Part shown: piece by piece, positions 26,901-39,400 of the stretch | How the letters are laid out: each line of letters opens with the position of its first letter | Position numbering within the stretch: the stretch's first letter is position 1 | NCBI GenBank assembly: GCA_965235115.1 | Contig: OZ249436.1 | Coordinates: forward strand, 36,582,001 to 36,646,000 | Reading direction: 5' to 3' | Length of the DNA: 64,000 nt | Source: Laetmonice hystrix | Taxonomy: Eukaryota | Program-made: the position numbers and the translations under genes | The notes under the pieces: generated by a model | What the model was told of the DNA's origin: nothing | Database searches by the model: none | What the model saw: only the letters and a program-made list of their open reading frames with translations

Positions 26901-29900
26901 TGTGGAGGCCGCAGCTTATCCAGGATGATGCATTGGAACATGGGAATGGCGTGGATTATCAAAGTGCAGAACGGTATGGATGACCCCGGCAGAGATAATC
27001 CCCAGCCAGATTCCCTGTCGACCCCTGATAATCCAATCCAGGATTTAGCGCTAAGAATAATGGCGCTGGTTTTGGCGTTGGTGAATTTAACCTAGCATTG
27101 ATGGTGCTAGGCCGGCGCCGCACGTCACAAAATGTGGGAAGGTTTTGCTATTGAACGTCTAAAATTATTGATAACAAACTTTCATCTTAGATCTTTGGTT
27201 TGCGTCCAGGTGGGAAGGAATAAAATATTTGCCAATATCGCCCCCTGTGGGAGGCAGTAAAGGGAAGGGAGGGACATGTGTGCGGATCCAAAAAAAATAT
27301 TTAAAAAAATTAAAAAATTAAAAACCAACATTATATATATAATTGTCAAAGCTGCGGGAGGGTAGCGTTAATCAGTGTTTAGCAGGAATTTAGCATCAGA
27401 TAGCCAAATGGGGTTCCAGTGGCTCTAACAGCTCCTACTCGCCAAAACGTTGGAATTGAAAGTATCTGTAGAATGCAGGACCCACGTAAACTACCACTAT
27501 TCTGACATACATTGTATATTCAAAACAACGGACTATTTCTCTAATGAGTAACACTGTAGCACAGTCACCGGCAGGGACAATTTAATTCTCAATGTCTCCA
27601 TAATTAATAGCACATTCTCACATTGTCACCGCGTAGTCTGAGACGACATGAATGTGGATGTTTTGGATGTCGTAGTGGTAGTCTCAGAGTGGGGAAGGTG
27701 AACTCCCGCGGCCATGTTGCGTGGACCGCATTTCATATTGAGAGGATCTGGCGCTGGGGATGATCGGGGTGCCCACCAACATCATGAATTAGTATGAGCC
27801 TGATTACACGGACAGAATAATTACTCTGTCTCCAAACAAGGCCCCGCCAAACGGCCGTCCGCTTGGAGAGCAGTGAGGGACCATTACAACATTGTCCGTA
27901 TTACGTTCGACATGGCCAACACGCCCGGCGCGGCTTGTGTTGAAGCTGTACCTCAGACTCATTGGTCTTGGTACAACAATCTAACTGGGACTTGGGAATA
28001 ACAGACTCATTTTGTATTTACCAGTGATTTAGTTCGTGTTGGCGGCTTTTCTTTTTACAACAGAACCTAATGAACGTGTAGATATTGGATAACCTAGGCA
28101 TTGGCTTTCAATTCTGGTGTCGGATTATTGTGTTTAGATGGGAACAAGGAAAGCCACTCTACTGCAGCAAGCCAGCTGTAGGGTTCATTGATAGAGACAC
28201 ATGCGGCAGCAGGCAAAGCATATGCTAAACCATCTGGGGTCCATAATTTATGTTGAGGGGGATGCAAAAAGGGAGGGGAAGAAAGAAATAGTAGGAAGAT
28301 GATTAAGTATAAGAGTCAGATCCGTGTGTATTTACTCGTTGAGGGAGAACTAATTCCTCAGTCATGTTGGGCTAATGCTTCTGGTGTAAGGGAAAAAACC
28401 AAAGACGTTTTTACAGTGTATAGCACGATGTTTCTCAGCTTTTGATGATAAATCCAGTAAAAACTTAAGCGTTACCCCTGGAAAAATGCTATCCGTCGAG
28501 GCAGTTCGGGCTGTTTGCCAATGGCTGCGGTTCACACTCAGACAATTCAACCAGAAGTCCACGTACAGCGCCGATTGGAAACAAGACACTTACCAACTAG
28601 AAGCATGAGGTTTTTTTCACCTGTGGTTAATTTTAATTGCAGGATAGAGAAGCTGTACCTATATACCACCTGCGGTCGTCGAGTAACCACCATCAGGTAA
28701 TCGCCTCACCTTAAGGTCTTCCAACGCCAGTTAGGCGGCAGCCAGTTGGCAACTCGCTCAGTGTGACCGTGCTTATGTGCCCAATGTGCCTGGCCTTATG
28801 TTCTCTCAGTCCCAGTGTGGATCTTTCTTCAGTTTTTCGCAAGCTCTCCTGGACCCATCACTTTGGTTAAGTAATAGCAGTGAGGGGAGGGCAAGGTCAG
28901 AGTTGAATGTGGGTCTGATATCAAGTAGCTCAGAGACGTAGAAACGAATCCCGACCAGACCACCTAAGATCTTGGTATCTAACAAAAATGGCCCACGTAC
29001 ACCAGGGGGATAAAAATTTAGTCTCGGCCCCCCAAACTGATGTAAAATAGTCACAAGGAGATATATTGCCGGATTCGCCAGCCTGGCTTGAATCGTTTTA
29101 CATTAGACTTCAATCAGAGATAGCTCAAGCTGCTTTGTTGCACTGACCCCGGTTTGTGAGCAGCATGATGATCTGGTCGATGCTTTGATTGGGGGACCTA
29201 GAACATGGTGAGTGAGGGTTCAGCTGGCCGGGGTAGTTGGGAGGTGTGGGTGGGTAGGTGGGTGGGGTGGGGGGCTCGGAGTGACACCCTCAGGGGGTAC
29301 GATAGGAGAACCCCTCGAGATGACGGGGGCCAGGTCAGGGAGGGCTGGACTGGAGCGGCGGCCGACCCTCAGCCAGCAATCAGTGCCCTCAAATCCGGTA
29401 GCTCCTTATCTCTCGCCGGTTGGTCCTTTATTTGGCTTACCCGGGCTCTGGCCTTCTCTCTCTGTGGCCGCCAGTCCGAGTCTGGCCATGATGAGCACGC
29501 CACCCTCCTTCAGATGGGATCACCTGACACACAGATCTGTCTGCAACAGCTGAGCTGGGCGCAGAAATTGGGTTAGACTTTACCTTCCTACTCTCAGATG
29601 TGATGTGCTTGCTATTCTATCGTTTGTATTTGGTTGAAAGGCAGACGCGCCTGTTATCTCAAAGGCTTCATGTTACTCTGTATATCTGCGGCGATCTGTC
29701 CACTAGCTCTTCATTCACTACTGTGCAGATAGCTGCCAGCATGAGTTTTACATCTAGTATCTTTTTCTCCGTGTTATTCGCCAAGGAGCCATACTGTGTG
29801 TGTTGTGGCCTCTCGATTAGAGATGGACCGATTGGTCAGCTTGCAACGTCCAGATGCCCTCTTCTCAGACCGGTTATTTAAAAAGAGAATTAAATACCTA

Positions 29901-30397
29901 CTCTTCAACATTTGTCTCAATTAAGGCAAACTGTAGCTCCTGGGGACTTTTAGGCGACATGATCAGCGTCTAATACCTGTGTGACAGCACACTGCACACA
30001 GATATGAATTATGATGCATGTGTACATGTGTTGGTTTTTTTGTTGGTAATCCTGGTGTGGAAAAAACATTTTCGTTGTAAATTATATGTATGAAAACCTC
30101 ATCAGTCGAGATGGCTGGCGGGTTGATTTGTTTAAAATGATGTTAGCTGTCATGACTCAACGTGTATTGGGAGCAGTGTCCTTCCTATTTCAGCATTAAC
30201 CGGTATAAATTGAGTTGGATATATGTTTCCCTCTGAGAAAAGCCAGACATGTTTTAATTTTGTTTATTGGATTGCACCAGACAAGAAAGTCTGTGCTGTA
30301 TAAGAAGAATGTATTTTATACCGAGTAACTAGACAATGCTTGATGAAAACGTGATGGCACATAGATACTAAATGTTATGTTTGTTTTGTGTTTGCAG

Positions 30398-30436
30398 GTA
30401 GGTAACCCAAGTTTCCCGTCAGCACAGTCCCGATCG
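30398..30436 (+). other. Candidate 39-nt cassette / recursive-splicing (RS) exon of the furin gene (VGNPSFPSAQSRS)
   Basis: Branch-like tactaaa at 30366-30372, U-rich tract and tttgcag acceptor ending at 30397, 39 nt without a stop in phase 0, and a consensus donor gtaagt at 30437. The exon itself begins with gtaggt. No transcript evidence is available. Confidence 0.55.
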
Positions 30437-33400
30437 GTAAGTCCTAGACCTCACTGAATGTTTTTGTCAAACCTTTACCTTTATTAAACCAATGAGTCTT
30501 TATTTCCAGGATTGCACAGATTCACATGTTCATTTATTCATGTTAACTGGTAACAATCATGTACCATAATTCACCAACATAAGCATACGGAAGTGCCTAA
30601 CATCATTTTCTTTAACACAAGAAATTAAGATTGATTATACCTATAGGGGATTGCCAGTTGTAGCCGAGAGAATGCAGAGATAAAGCCAGTAGAGGAAGAC
30701 CTCTGATTGCTGGAAATTCTCTCCTGGTTATATGTCAATAACACAATCAGAATCTGAACGCCAAGTCGGTGGGATACCACTCAACTCTTGGCCTCACCAG
30801 TTATCTCGCTATGCCACGGGTTGGAATGTAGGTTGTGGTATCTGGCTCACTATCCTTCCTGGAATAGACCAAGTTTGAACCTTTGGATTTTGAGGACAGC
30901 TTTCTCAAAGAAAGAGTTGAAATCCGTGCCTGGTGTGGTCCTTTGGAGTGGCTGAACTAATAAACAAGCAGACAGCGTGACAAGGCGGTTAACTGACAGA
31001 GATTCCCTGAGGTAGAAACTGATGCCGACTTATCCCGGCTTCCCACGAATCTATCCCCTCTGGGATCTACCAGATACCAGCAACATTCTGAAGCTAACTT
31101 TCAGTGCTGATCGTTCTTAGAAATACTACTACTACCAGCCAGGCTGGCGGCCCAGGACTAACAGCAGATGGAGACAACCGTACGGACAGGCATGCAGGAG
31201 ACACGCAGCTCAGAGTCCAGCAGCATCCTCAATTTGTTCAACATGTTAAGTTCCCCCTCTCCCCACCTGAGGCTTCGTCCTAAAGATATCTTCGAAAAGA
31301 AAAGTTATTGCTGAATCCATTCTGTTGACTGTGTGAGCGACCATTAAAGAAGGCAAACACTCGGCCACTTTGGGTTGTTGGTCTAAGCTTTTAGAATTGT
31401 GTGATTTGACTTAGACGGATTCTTCATATGCATAGCTGTGAGAGAGATTGCAGTGATCAGGAAGTAAGGGGTGAGGTTTAGGTAGAGTTGTACTGATCCG
31501 AAATATTGACACCTCTTAGTTAAGTATGGTGACACCAGTCTCGGCCCCCACTCTCTACAAGTGTTTACTGAATATAAGTGGCAGAGGTATGCGAGTGGTA
31601 GGCACGTTTGGAATAATGTTGGTCCCACACACAATCGTCGCTGTATTTATCCAGTGCACAACGGTTTTAAGTTCAACACTAGACCTGTTGAGAAATATTC
31701 TTTGTATGGGTACTCGTTGACAACCAGGTGAAGTGGTAGTATTTTTGAAGTAAACAATGCGGGTTCTTGGCTCTCTTCGCTCGTGGACTTGAAGACGACG
31801 GTTACAGCTAGGGAAGTCGATTGCAATAAATATTTCATGGTATGGCTTACCAAAAGGTCATACATGTCTTAGCTAATATGCAAATTCTTACAAGGAAAGT
31901 ATTCGGAATAAATGCTATAAGTCATAAATTCGCACACTCAGAATGGTGCTGCCGCCGTTGTTGGCCTCAAACATTTTGGAAGAATTTTTCACGCCAAAGT
32001 TTCCACAATATTGCTCCTTGATAAGTGAGTTTCTTAATGCAATCGGACGGACCTCTCCATAAAACATTACTCTACCAAGTCCTACCACCAGGCTGACTTT
32101 GCAGCGACTTTTAGCGGTAAATCATATTGTCACATTTCTGTGAAGTGCGTGAGGGACAGTTGGCGGGGTCAGGGTTGGCGGTGTGCTGGCAGAATGCTTG
32201 CCATCTGCGGCTGCCGACCCTGGCTGGCTGCATGGCCGCCCGCTCGCCTGCTCCAGGGAAAGTAACCGGCCTGAGCCGCCGCCAACACGGCCGCCAGACT
32301 CTCTGATCAGTACGGTAGAAAATGTCGTGTGGATTTGACTGCCATGTTGAATGGGAAGATGAAAAGGTGCATTGAATGAGCCGAGCCGCCAGTATGTGGA
32401 AGAGGTGGGCAAAGGTGAGGAGAAGACCAAGGATGAGGAGGCCAGGAGGGATGCTGCCCTCTGTACCTCACTGCTACCAGATGGTGGACAGTCAGGACGG
32501 AGACGCTGGTTAAATCCAGACCCCCCCCCCCCACACCCTTCCCAATCTTTCTTTTGCATGGCCATACTGTAAAGGATACAGTGCCGCAGATGGCCATGGC
32601 AGCGTTTTGAGCCCGACCACATCCCCTGACTTGAAACCATCCGAAGGAAACCAGCACTAAGTGCTGTTCTATAGCAGGTCGGCCGTTTCCTGGAATAAGA
32701 AACGGTGGGGTTATATACAGTAAAGGCATCGTTGTAATCTATCCTCTCTTCATGCAACGATGCTACTTCAGTGTCGTCTCGTGGATTTATCATTAGGTCG
32801 TTTGATAAAAAATCGCCCCAAAGCTAGCTGAACGGCTGTTAATGGTGTTCGTTAACAGAAGTGTCAGACAGTGTTACGCTGTTGACCAGTGATGCGGTTG
32901 ATAATGAAGTAACTGTCTCAATGTGTTTTACACGTTAGCCGTGTTCAACCCACTACAGTCGACCTGACTCAATCGAGACGTTAGCTGTCTGGGAGTTCTT
33001 ACACCGCGCTGTCATTTTGCCAGCAGTTGAGTGACCAGTTTTCTTGTACAGTGCCTGTCGAAGTGTTAATGGACGGCCAGTCAACAATAGTTGTCCTCCC
33101 AGAACAAGGCTGAATGGCTGAAAGCAGGGGACGGAGATCACATCCTAAGTAGCACTTCTGACAAGTCGAAAAACCTTTTGACAAATTGGTTGACAGGAGA
33201 TGGTTTAAAGAAATGGGAAGGGGCAAAGGGATGGAATGGAGAGTGCTGCAGCCATTAACCAGGGCTGAACCAGGCTACCTAAAGCTTATCTCTGGGCAAG
33301 AGAAATGGCCCGCCGGAAGAGCAGATCTGTGGATTCAAAGTGATTGTTGATAGGATCAGATGGCATCATCTTATAATTCCGAATCCACTCTCTTGGTTTC

Positions 33401-36400
33401 TGACAAATAAAAGCCGGCTTTCATGGCTCTGGTGTTAAAATGAGTGCGATTATAGTTATCTTTTGATTAATTTTCGCTGTAAACGGACAGTGTTTATCAG
33501 TAGCAGGGGCACCCCCCCCCCCCCTCCCTTCACAATATCGGCCCTTGTTTTGTTAATGAGGTTGGTTGATTTCTGACAACTCCATACGATGCTGGTATTG
33601 CTGCCGACTCCCTGAAAATTAAAGATGCTATCTGTACTGGTAAGGGCTAACAATTATACTTATAGCGCTGCGGGTCCATTCAAGGGTCTTGCAATCGGAG
33701 ACCATAATTTGGGAGAAGAGATGATTTGTTATTGATTCACTTCAGGGTAGATAAAACGGCTGTTTTGCAGTTCAGAAGTCTAGGCGGATGTGTTTCTGTC
33801 TTAAAGCAAGTTGGAGTTTTGAACAGGTGATTCTGCTTCCAATTTCGATTAAAAGTGAACAGGAGAGCAAGCCTCGGTCATTCTGACTAACAACCAAAGG
33901 GCTTCACAGTAATATACCATTCATTGTGAATTCTTCATTCACCAATCATGTGGTCTTCGTACAATGAATCAATATGTTATACATTAATAAACTGGTACTT
34001 ATTATCCAGTTGTCACCCATCTCTTAAGATAAAGAGAAGAAAGGTTTTAGAAGGTAGATTGGGTCACGGTTATACCAAATATAGACGTCAGCTCTGTTGC
34101 TAAACACAAAATATTATTGAAATGAAAATAGCAGCTTTGTTGTGCAGCAGTGTAGCAAGCGTCGGAAGTGCGCAAGTAACCATTTATAAATGCACGGTAT
34201 TTGTAACACTGCTGATATAGAATATCCACTTTCGACCAGGTATAACGGAAATCGTTGTCAGCTTTACCTAGGCTCCATTTACTGGATGTCTGTGCTCCTA
34301 TTACTGAACCACATTATAAGTCTGGCTGTCTGTCATACTGGGAGAAGAAGATGAAAGATGTATCTAAAGTGTCGTAGAGGAAGGGTAAGCCAAGGTTATT
34401 TGCTGGGTGTGGTTTCTGTCTTCATTTATAAGGGCACAGGATGCTTACCCGATGGAACTTTGACGTCTTCCCTCGAAATCCCAAGTGGACATTATGGAGG
34501 AAATCCGACTGATCCTTCTGTTCTTCCGCCTTCTCCTGTTCTTCAGACGACTCCTGCCTGCCCCCCCCGTACCCACAATCACAGCTGGCTACCATAGACC
34601 CGTCTCTAGTGAGTTAATTTGGGCTCCAAGCGTAGGCGCGCCGCGTTGTCATCTCTGATCATCTTTATTGGCATAGCGATGGAAGCGTGTCTGATCATGT
34701 AGGCAGGGGGTGTCGGAACAGTCGGAGGCTTAATGTGTCGTGGATACATCTCTGTGGTTGCCGCTAGATCTTATTGAGACATGGAAATGATAAAAGCTTG
34801 GGCTTTATTTCCAACGTCACCTCTTCCGGAGAGGCCTTTTGAAGGATGTAATGAATATGAATCACCCAGAAGACTTTGGGATTGTTGGAGCGACAATGTC
34901 TGCTTGATTTGATGGGAGTTGTAAACCTGATGGCCTGAAAGACGAGAGTAAAGTCTGTGTGCAGACTTCCAGAGAATAAGCACGAAAAATTGTAACGGAG
35001 ATCACGGAGGAAACATCTAAAGGATAAACGTGTTTGAAGTTGGTGATAGGGGAATGAGATACAAGAGGGCCGATCAAACCTCGACCAATCAAAATCCCTG
35101 TGAGAAATGCCTTTGGACATGTTGCCTACATTGAGCAGCCATTTGTATGTTACGCTACGTATCTATTTCCGACAAATTTTTAAAATGATCCTGTTGAAGT
35201 GACTTTTCGTCGGTGACTCGGGATATGTGTAAGAAGGATAGAAGTTGACTTTTTTGTCTCTTGTATAAATTTCTATTTGTACCTGTTCCAGTTGTCATGT
35301 CAGAGATAACGATTTTCTTGACTTGTCTCACTATACAATGAGGAGGACGTTCAGCCATATATCGGGACCCCGTCTTGTTATTGGTTATCTGAGCCTTCCT
35401 AACTCCGACGATATGAGAGACATATTCGTAGACTAGCCGTGGTTAGTGGGGGCTGGCCAGGACTTGGCCCAGCCGAAAACGCTTTGAGAAAGTTATACGG
35501 ACAGGTCGTTCATGCAACCAAAGCAGCTGGAATTATTGATTACATGTGTCTTATGGTTTTGATAACTTTGAGTCCCTTAACCTGCCATGGTGACTAGAAT
35601 CCGAACTCAGAATGTTTTGTCAGGAGGTCAGGGAGAATTTGAAAGAACGTTGATGAACAAGTCTCTATATTTTTTACAGGTCGGTCCTGAACTATCGCCA
35701 GTGGTTTTCTGCCACTTGAAGTCCATATCCTGCTCCTTGTCCGATACTATTTCTGGACTAGTGCGACTTGGACGCAGTGAGTAATAAACCCAAAACACTG
35801 ACTTCTGCAATGTTGCCTACTTCAGAATCCAATAACCCTCCCACCACTTGGCGGCAATCGTAGGTGCTTTCAACTCCCCGCTGCCAATCAGGGGGACCTG
35901 CAGACTCTGGCTAAGTGCTTTGTTTGCCATCGGTTCAATCGTGATAAGAGTCGACACGGATAAGGTGCAAAAGGTCCCTCCGAAACCGGCGCTGTGAATG
36001 TGGTTGCCATTTTACAGCTTCATTTCCTGGCCGGTTTGTGACCAGCGCGGTGGCTGGCCGTCTTGCCAATGCCAAATGAGCGTTTTTTTGTTGTGCATTG
36101 TCGTCTGAACGAGATGGAGATGTTGATGCCAAATGAGCTCTTTTTGGTGTCGCCTGTCTGGAGGGGAGATGTGGATGTCCGAACCATCTTGACAGGACGG
36201 AGTGGAGAGAGCAGTGGATAGCAGCAGCCCTTGGGAAACAGGGCAGTCAGCTTACAAGTCTTTGAACGGCTTGTTGCTTGACATCCAGGGCTTTTATTCT
36301 TGCTCTACCTTCTAATGCCTGGCGTTGGGTTCAATACTTTCCCTCTGCCACTATGGTATGGAGATGTATGCCTAGGGGGGAGAACCCCCCCCCCAAGTAA

Positions 36401-37207
36401 TTTCACATGATTATTTTTAAGACGTATCAAATAGGCCTAGAAGTAAATAACAAATTATATGAAGCCTTGATAAAATAAATCACCTTTTTAGACACGCACT
36501 GTTTTCCCAGGGAGTTGCAGAATCTAGCTGGCAGAAGTGTCCTGTAGATTATTATATTGAGAAGATAGATCGACTGCATTTGGTTGGGTTACTCGTAGGA
36601 ATAGAGTGGTCAGGTTTATAGTGTCTCAGCATCGATCAGTTGTCTGGGGTGTCTTTGTCTACGTTGATGCAAGCAGCGCCGGTCTGGAGATTGTTGTAGT
36701 GTGGTTCCATTCTGTTTAGGCTCAGAATCCATTATACCGCTCTCTGTAATATACTTGGCATGCGACCAGTTCGTAGTACTCTTGAGCCTCCCTATATAAA
36801 ATTGCTGTGTGAGGAGGACCAGCCAACTAGGAATGAACGGTAGGACATAAGGGGATAGGGCGGGATCTGGGCGAACCGCAAGCGGGCCAACGTCCCAGGC
36901 GGGCCGGGGGATTGGGCGTGGCGTTAGATCCCGCCCCGTGGGGGTCGGGTCGGGTCGGGGTAGATGAGAGTTTGAGTGGCGGGGTGGGAGCTGACCGAGA
37001 GGTCAACACCCCGGCGGACCACCCTCTGGCTGTAGACTCAGACTGAGCAGTCTTCAACCACCTCTACCCTACTCCAACCGGTAGGCAGGCTACACGATTA
37101 TTGAGGCAGTCAGTGTCTGGGCCGGAGCCAAGGCCACCTCCAGCCAGACTACAACTGTCGCTATACACCTCCCGGTCAGATTTCTAATCCTGTAATCGAG
37201 ATGTTCA

Positions 37208-39400
37208 CCGCATGGAACCATCTTCTTATAGTCATCTACAGCCAACCAAAGCTGGCGGCATCTTCTGTCTACAGCAGGTACTTCCAGTCTCCTCGCAGAC
37301 CGCATGGAACCATCTTCTTATAGTCATCTATAGCCAACCAAAGCTGGCGGCATCTTCTGTCTACAGTAGGTACTTCCAGTCTCCTCACAGACCGCATGGA
37401 ACCATCTTCTTATAGTCATCTATAGCCAACCAAAGCTGGCGGCATCTTCTGTCTACAGTAGGTACTTCCAGTCTCCTCACAGACCGCATGGAACCATCTT
37501 CTTATAGTCATCTACAGCCAACCAAAGCTGGCGGGATCTTCTGTCTACAGCAGGTACTTCAGTCTCCTCGCAGACCGCATGGAACCATCTTCTTATAGTC
37601 ATCTATAGCCAACCAAAGCTGGCGGCATCTTCTGTCTACAGCAGGTACTTCCAGTCTCCTTGCAGACCGCATGGAACCATCTTCTTATAGTCATCTATAG
37701 CCAACCAAAGCTGGCGGCATCTTCTGTCTACAGTAGGTACTTCCAGTCTCCTCACAGACCGCATGGAACCATCTTCTTATAGTCATCTATAGCCAACCAA
37801 AGCTGGCGGCATCTTCTGTCTACAGTAGGTACTTCCAGTCTCCTCACAGACCGCATGGAACCATCTTCTTATAGTCATCTACAGCCAACCAAAGCTGGCG
37901 GGATCTTCTGTCTACAGCAGGTACTTCCAATCTCCTCGCAGACCGCATGGAACCATTTTCTTATAGTCATCTACAGCCAACCAAAGCTGGCGGGATCTTC
38001 TGTCTACAGTAGGTACTTCCAGTCTCCTCGCAGACCGCATGGAACCGTCTTCTTATAGTCATCTACAGCCAACCAAAGCTGGCGGCATCTTACTGTCTAC
38101 AGCAGGTACTTCCAGTCTCCTCGCAGACCGCATGGAACCATCTTGTTATAGTCATCTACAGCCAACCAAAGCTGGCGGCATCTTACTGTCTACAGCAGGT
38201 ACTTCCAGTCTCCTCACAGACCGCATGGAACCATCTTCTTATAGTCATCTATAGCCAACCAAAGCTGGCGGCATCTTACTGTCTACAGCAGGTACTTCCA
38301 GTCTCCTCACAGACCGCATGGAACCATCTTCTTATAGTCATCTATAGCCAACCAAAGCTGGCGGCATCTTTCTGTCTACAGCAGGTACTTCCAGTCTCCT
38401 CGCAGACCGCATGGAACCATCTTCTTATAGTCATCTACAGCCAACCAAAGCTGGCGGCATCTTCTGTCTACAGCGGGTACTTCCAGTCTCCATGCAGACC
38501 GCATGGAACCATCTTCTTATAGTCATCTACAGCCAACCAAAGCTGGCGGGATCTTCTGTCTACAGCAGGTACTTCCAGTCTCCTCGCAGACCGCATGGAA
38601 CCATCTTCTTATAGTCATCTATAGCCAACCAAAGCTGGCGGCATCTTCTGTCTACAGTAGGTACTTCCAGTCTCCTCGCAGACTGCATGGAACCATCTTC
38701 TTATAGTCATCTACAGCCAACCAAAGCTGGCGGCATCTTCTGTCTACAGTAGGTACTTCCAGTCTCCTCGCAGACTGCATGGAACCATCTTCTTATAGTC
38801 ATCTACAGCCAACCAAAGCTGGCGGCATCTTCTGTCTACAGTAGGTACTTCAGTCTCCTTGCAGACCGCATGGAACCATCTTCTTATAGTCATCTATAGC
38901 CAACCAAAGCTGGCGGCATCTTCTGTCTACAGCAGGTACTTCCAGTCTCCTCGCAGACCGCATGGAACCATCTTCTTATAGTCATCTATAGCCAACCAAA
39001 GCTGGCGGCATCTTACTGTCTACAGCAGGTACTTCCAGTCTCCTCGCAGACCGCATGGAACCATCTTCTTATAGTCATCTACAGCCAACCAAAGCTGGCG
39101 GCATCTTCTGTCTACAGCAGGTACTTCCAGTCTCCTCACAGACCGCATGGAACCATCTTCTTATAGTCATCTACAGCCAACCAAAGCTGGCGGCATCTTC
39201 TGTCTACAGCAGGTACTTCCAGTCTCCTCGCAGACTGCATGGAACCATCTTCTTATAGTCATCTACAGCCAACCAAAGATGGCGGCATCTTCTGTCTACA
39301 GCAGGTACTTCCAGTCTCCTCGCAGACCGCATGGAACCATCTTCTTATAGTCATCTACAGCCAACCAAAGCTGGCGGCAGGAACTTCCGGTCTCCTCGCA
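37208..39400. repeat. Minisatellite with 92-bp unit (ccgcatggaaccatcttcttatagtcatctacagccaaccaaagctggcggcatcttctgtctacagcaggtacttccagtctcctcgcaga), ~24 highly similar copies
   Basis: Direct periodicity (ORF starts at 38411/38503 and 39055/39147 are 92 nt apart). The last copy has an internal deletion. Confidence 0.97.

Noticed and set aside
32122..32793. 223-aa minus-strand ORF
   Set aside because: Low-complexity GC-rich sequence crossing a C homopolymer, with no domain motifs.
36793..37040. TATAAAA followed by GC boxes ahead of the 92-bp array, suggesting an internal promoter
   Set aside because: The GC boxes lie downstream of the TATA and the motifs are short; not supportable without transcript data.
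37208..39400. Regular arrays (also at 12.3, 14.6, 43.2 and 52.7 kb) considered as CRISPR arrays or repeated small genes
   Set aside because: Units are contiguous with no unique spacers, there are no cas genes, and the context is a eukaryotic intron. The 67-aa ORFs are repeat artefacts.
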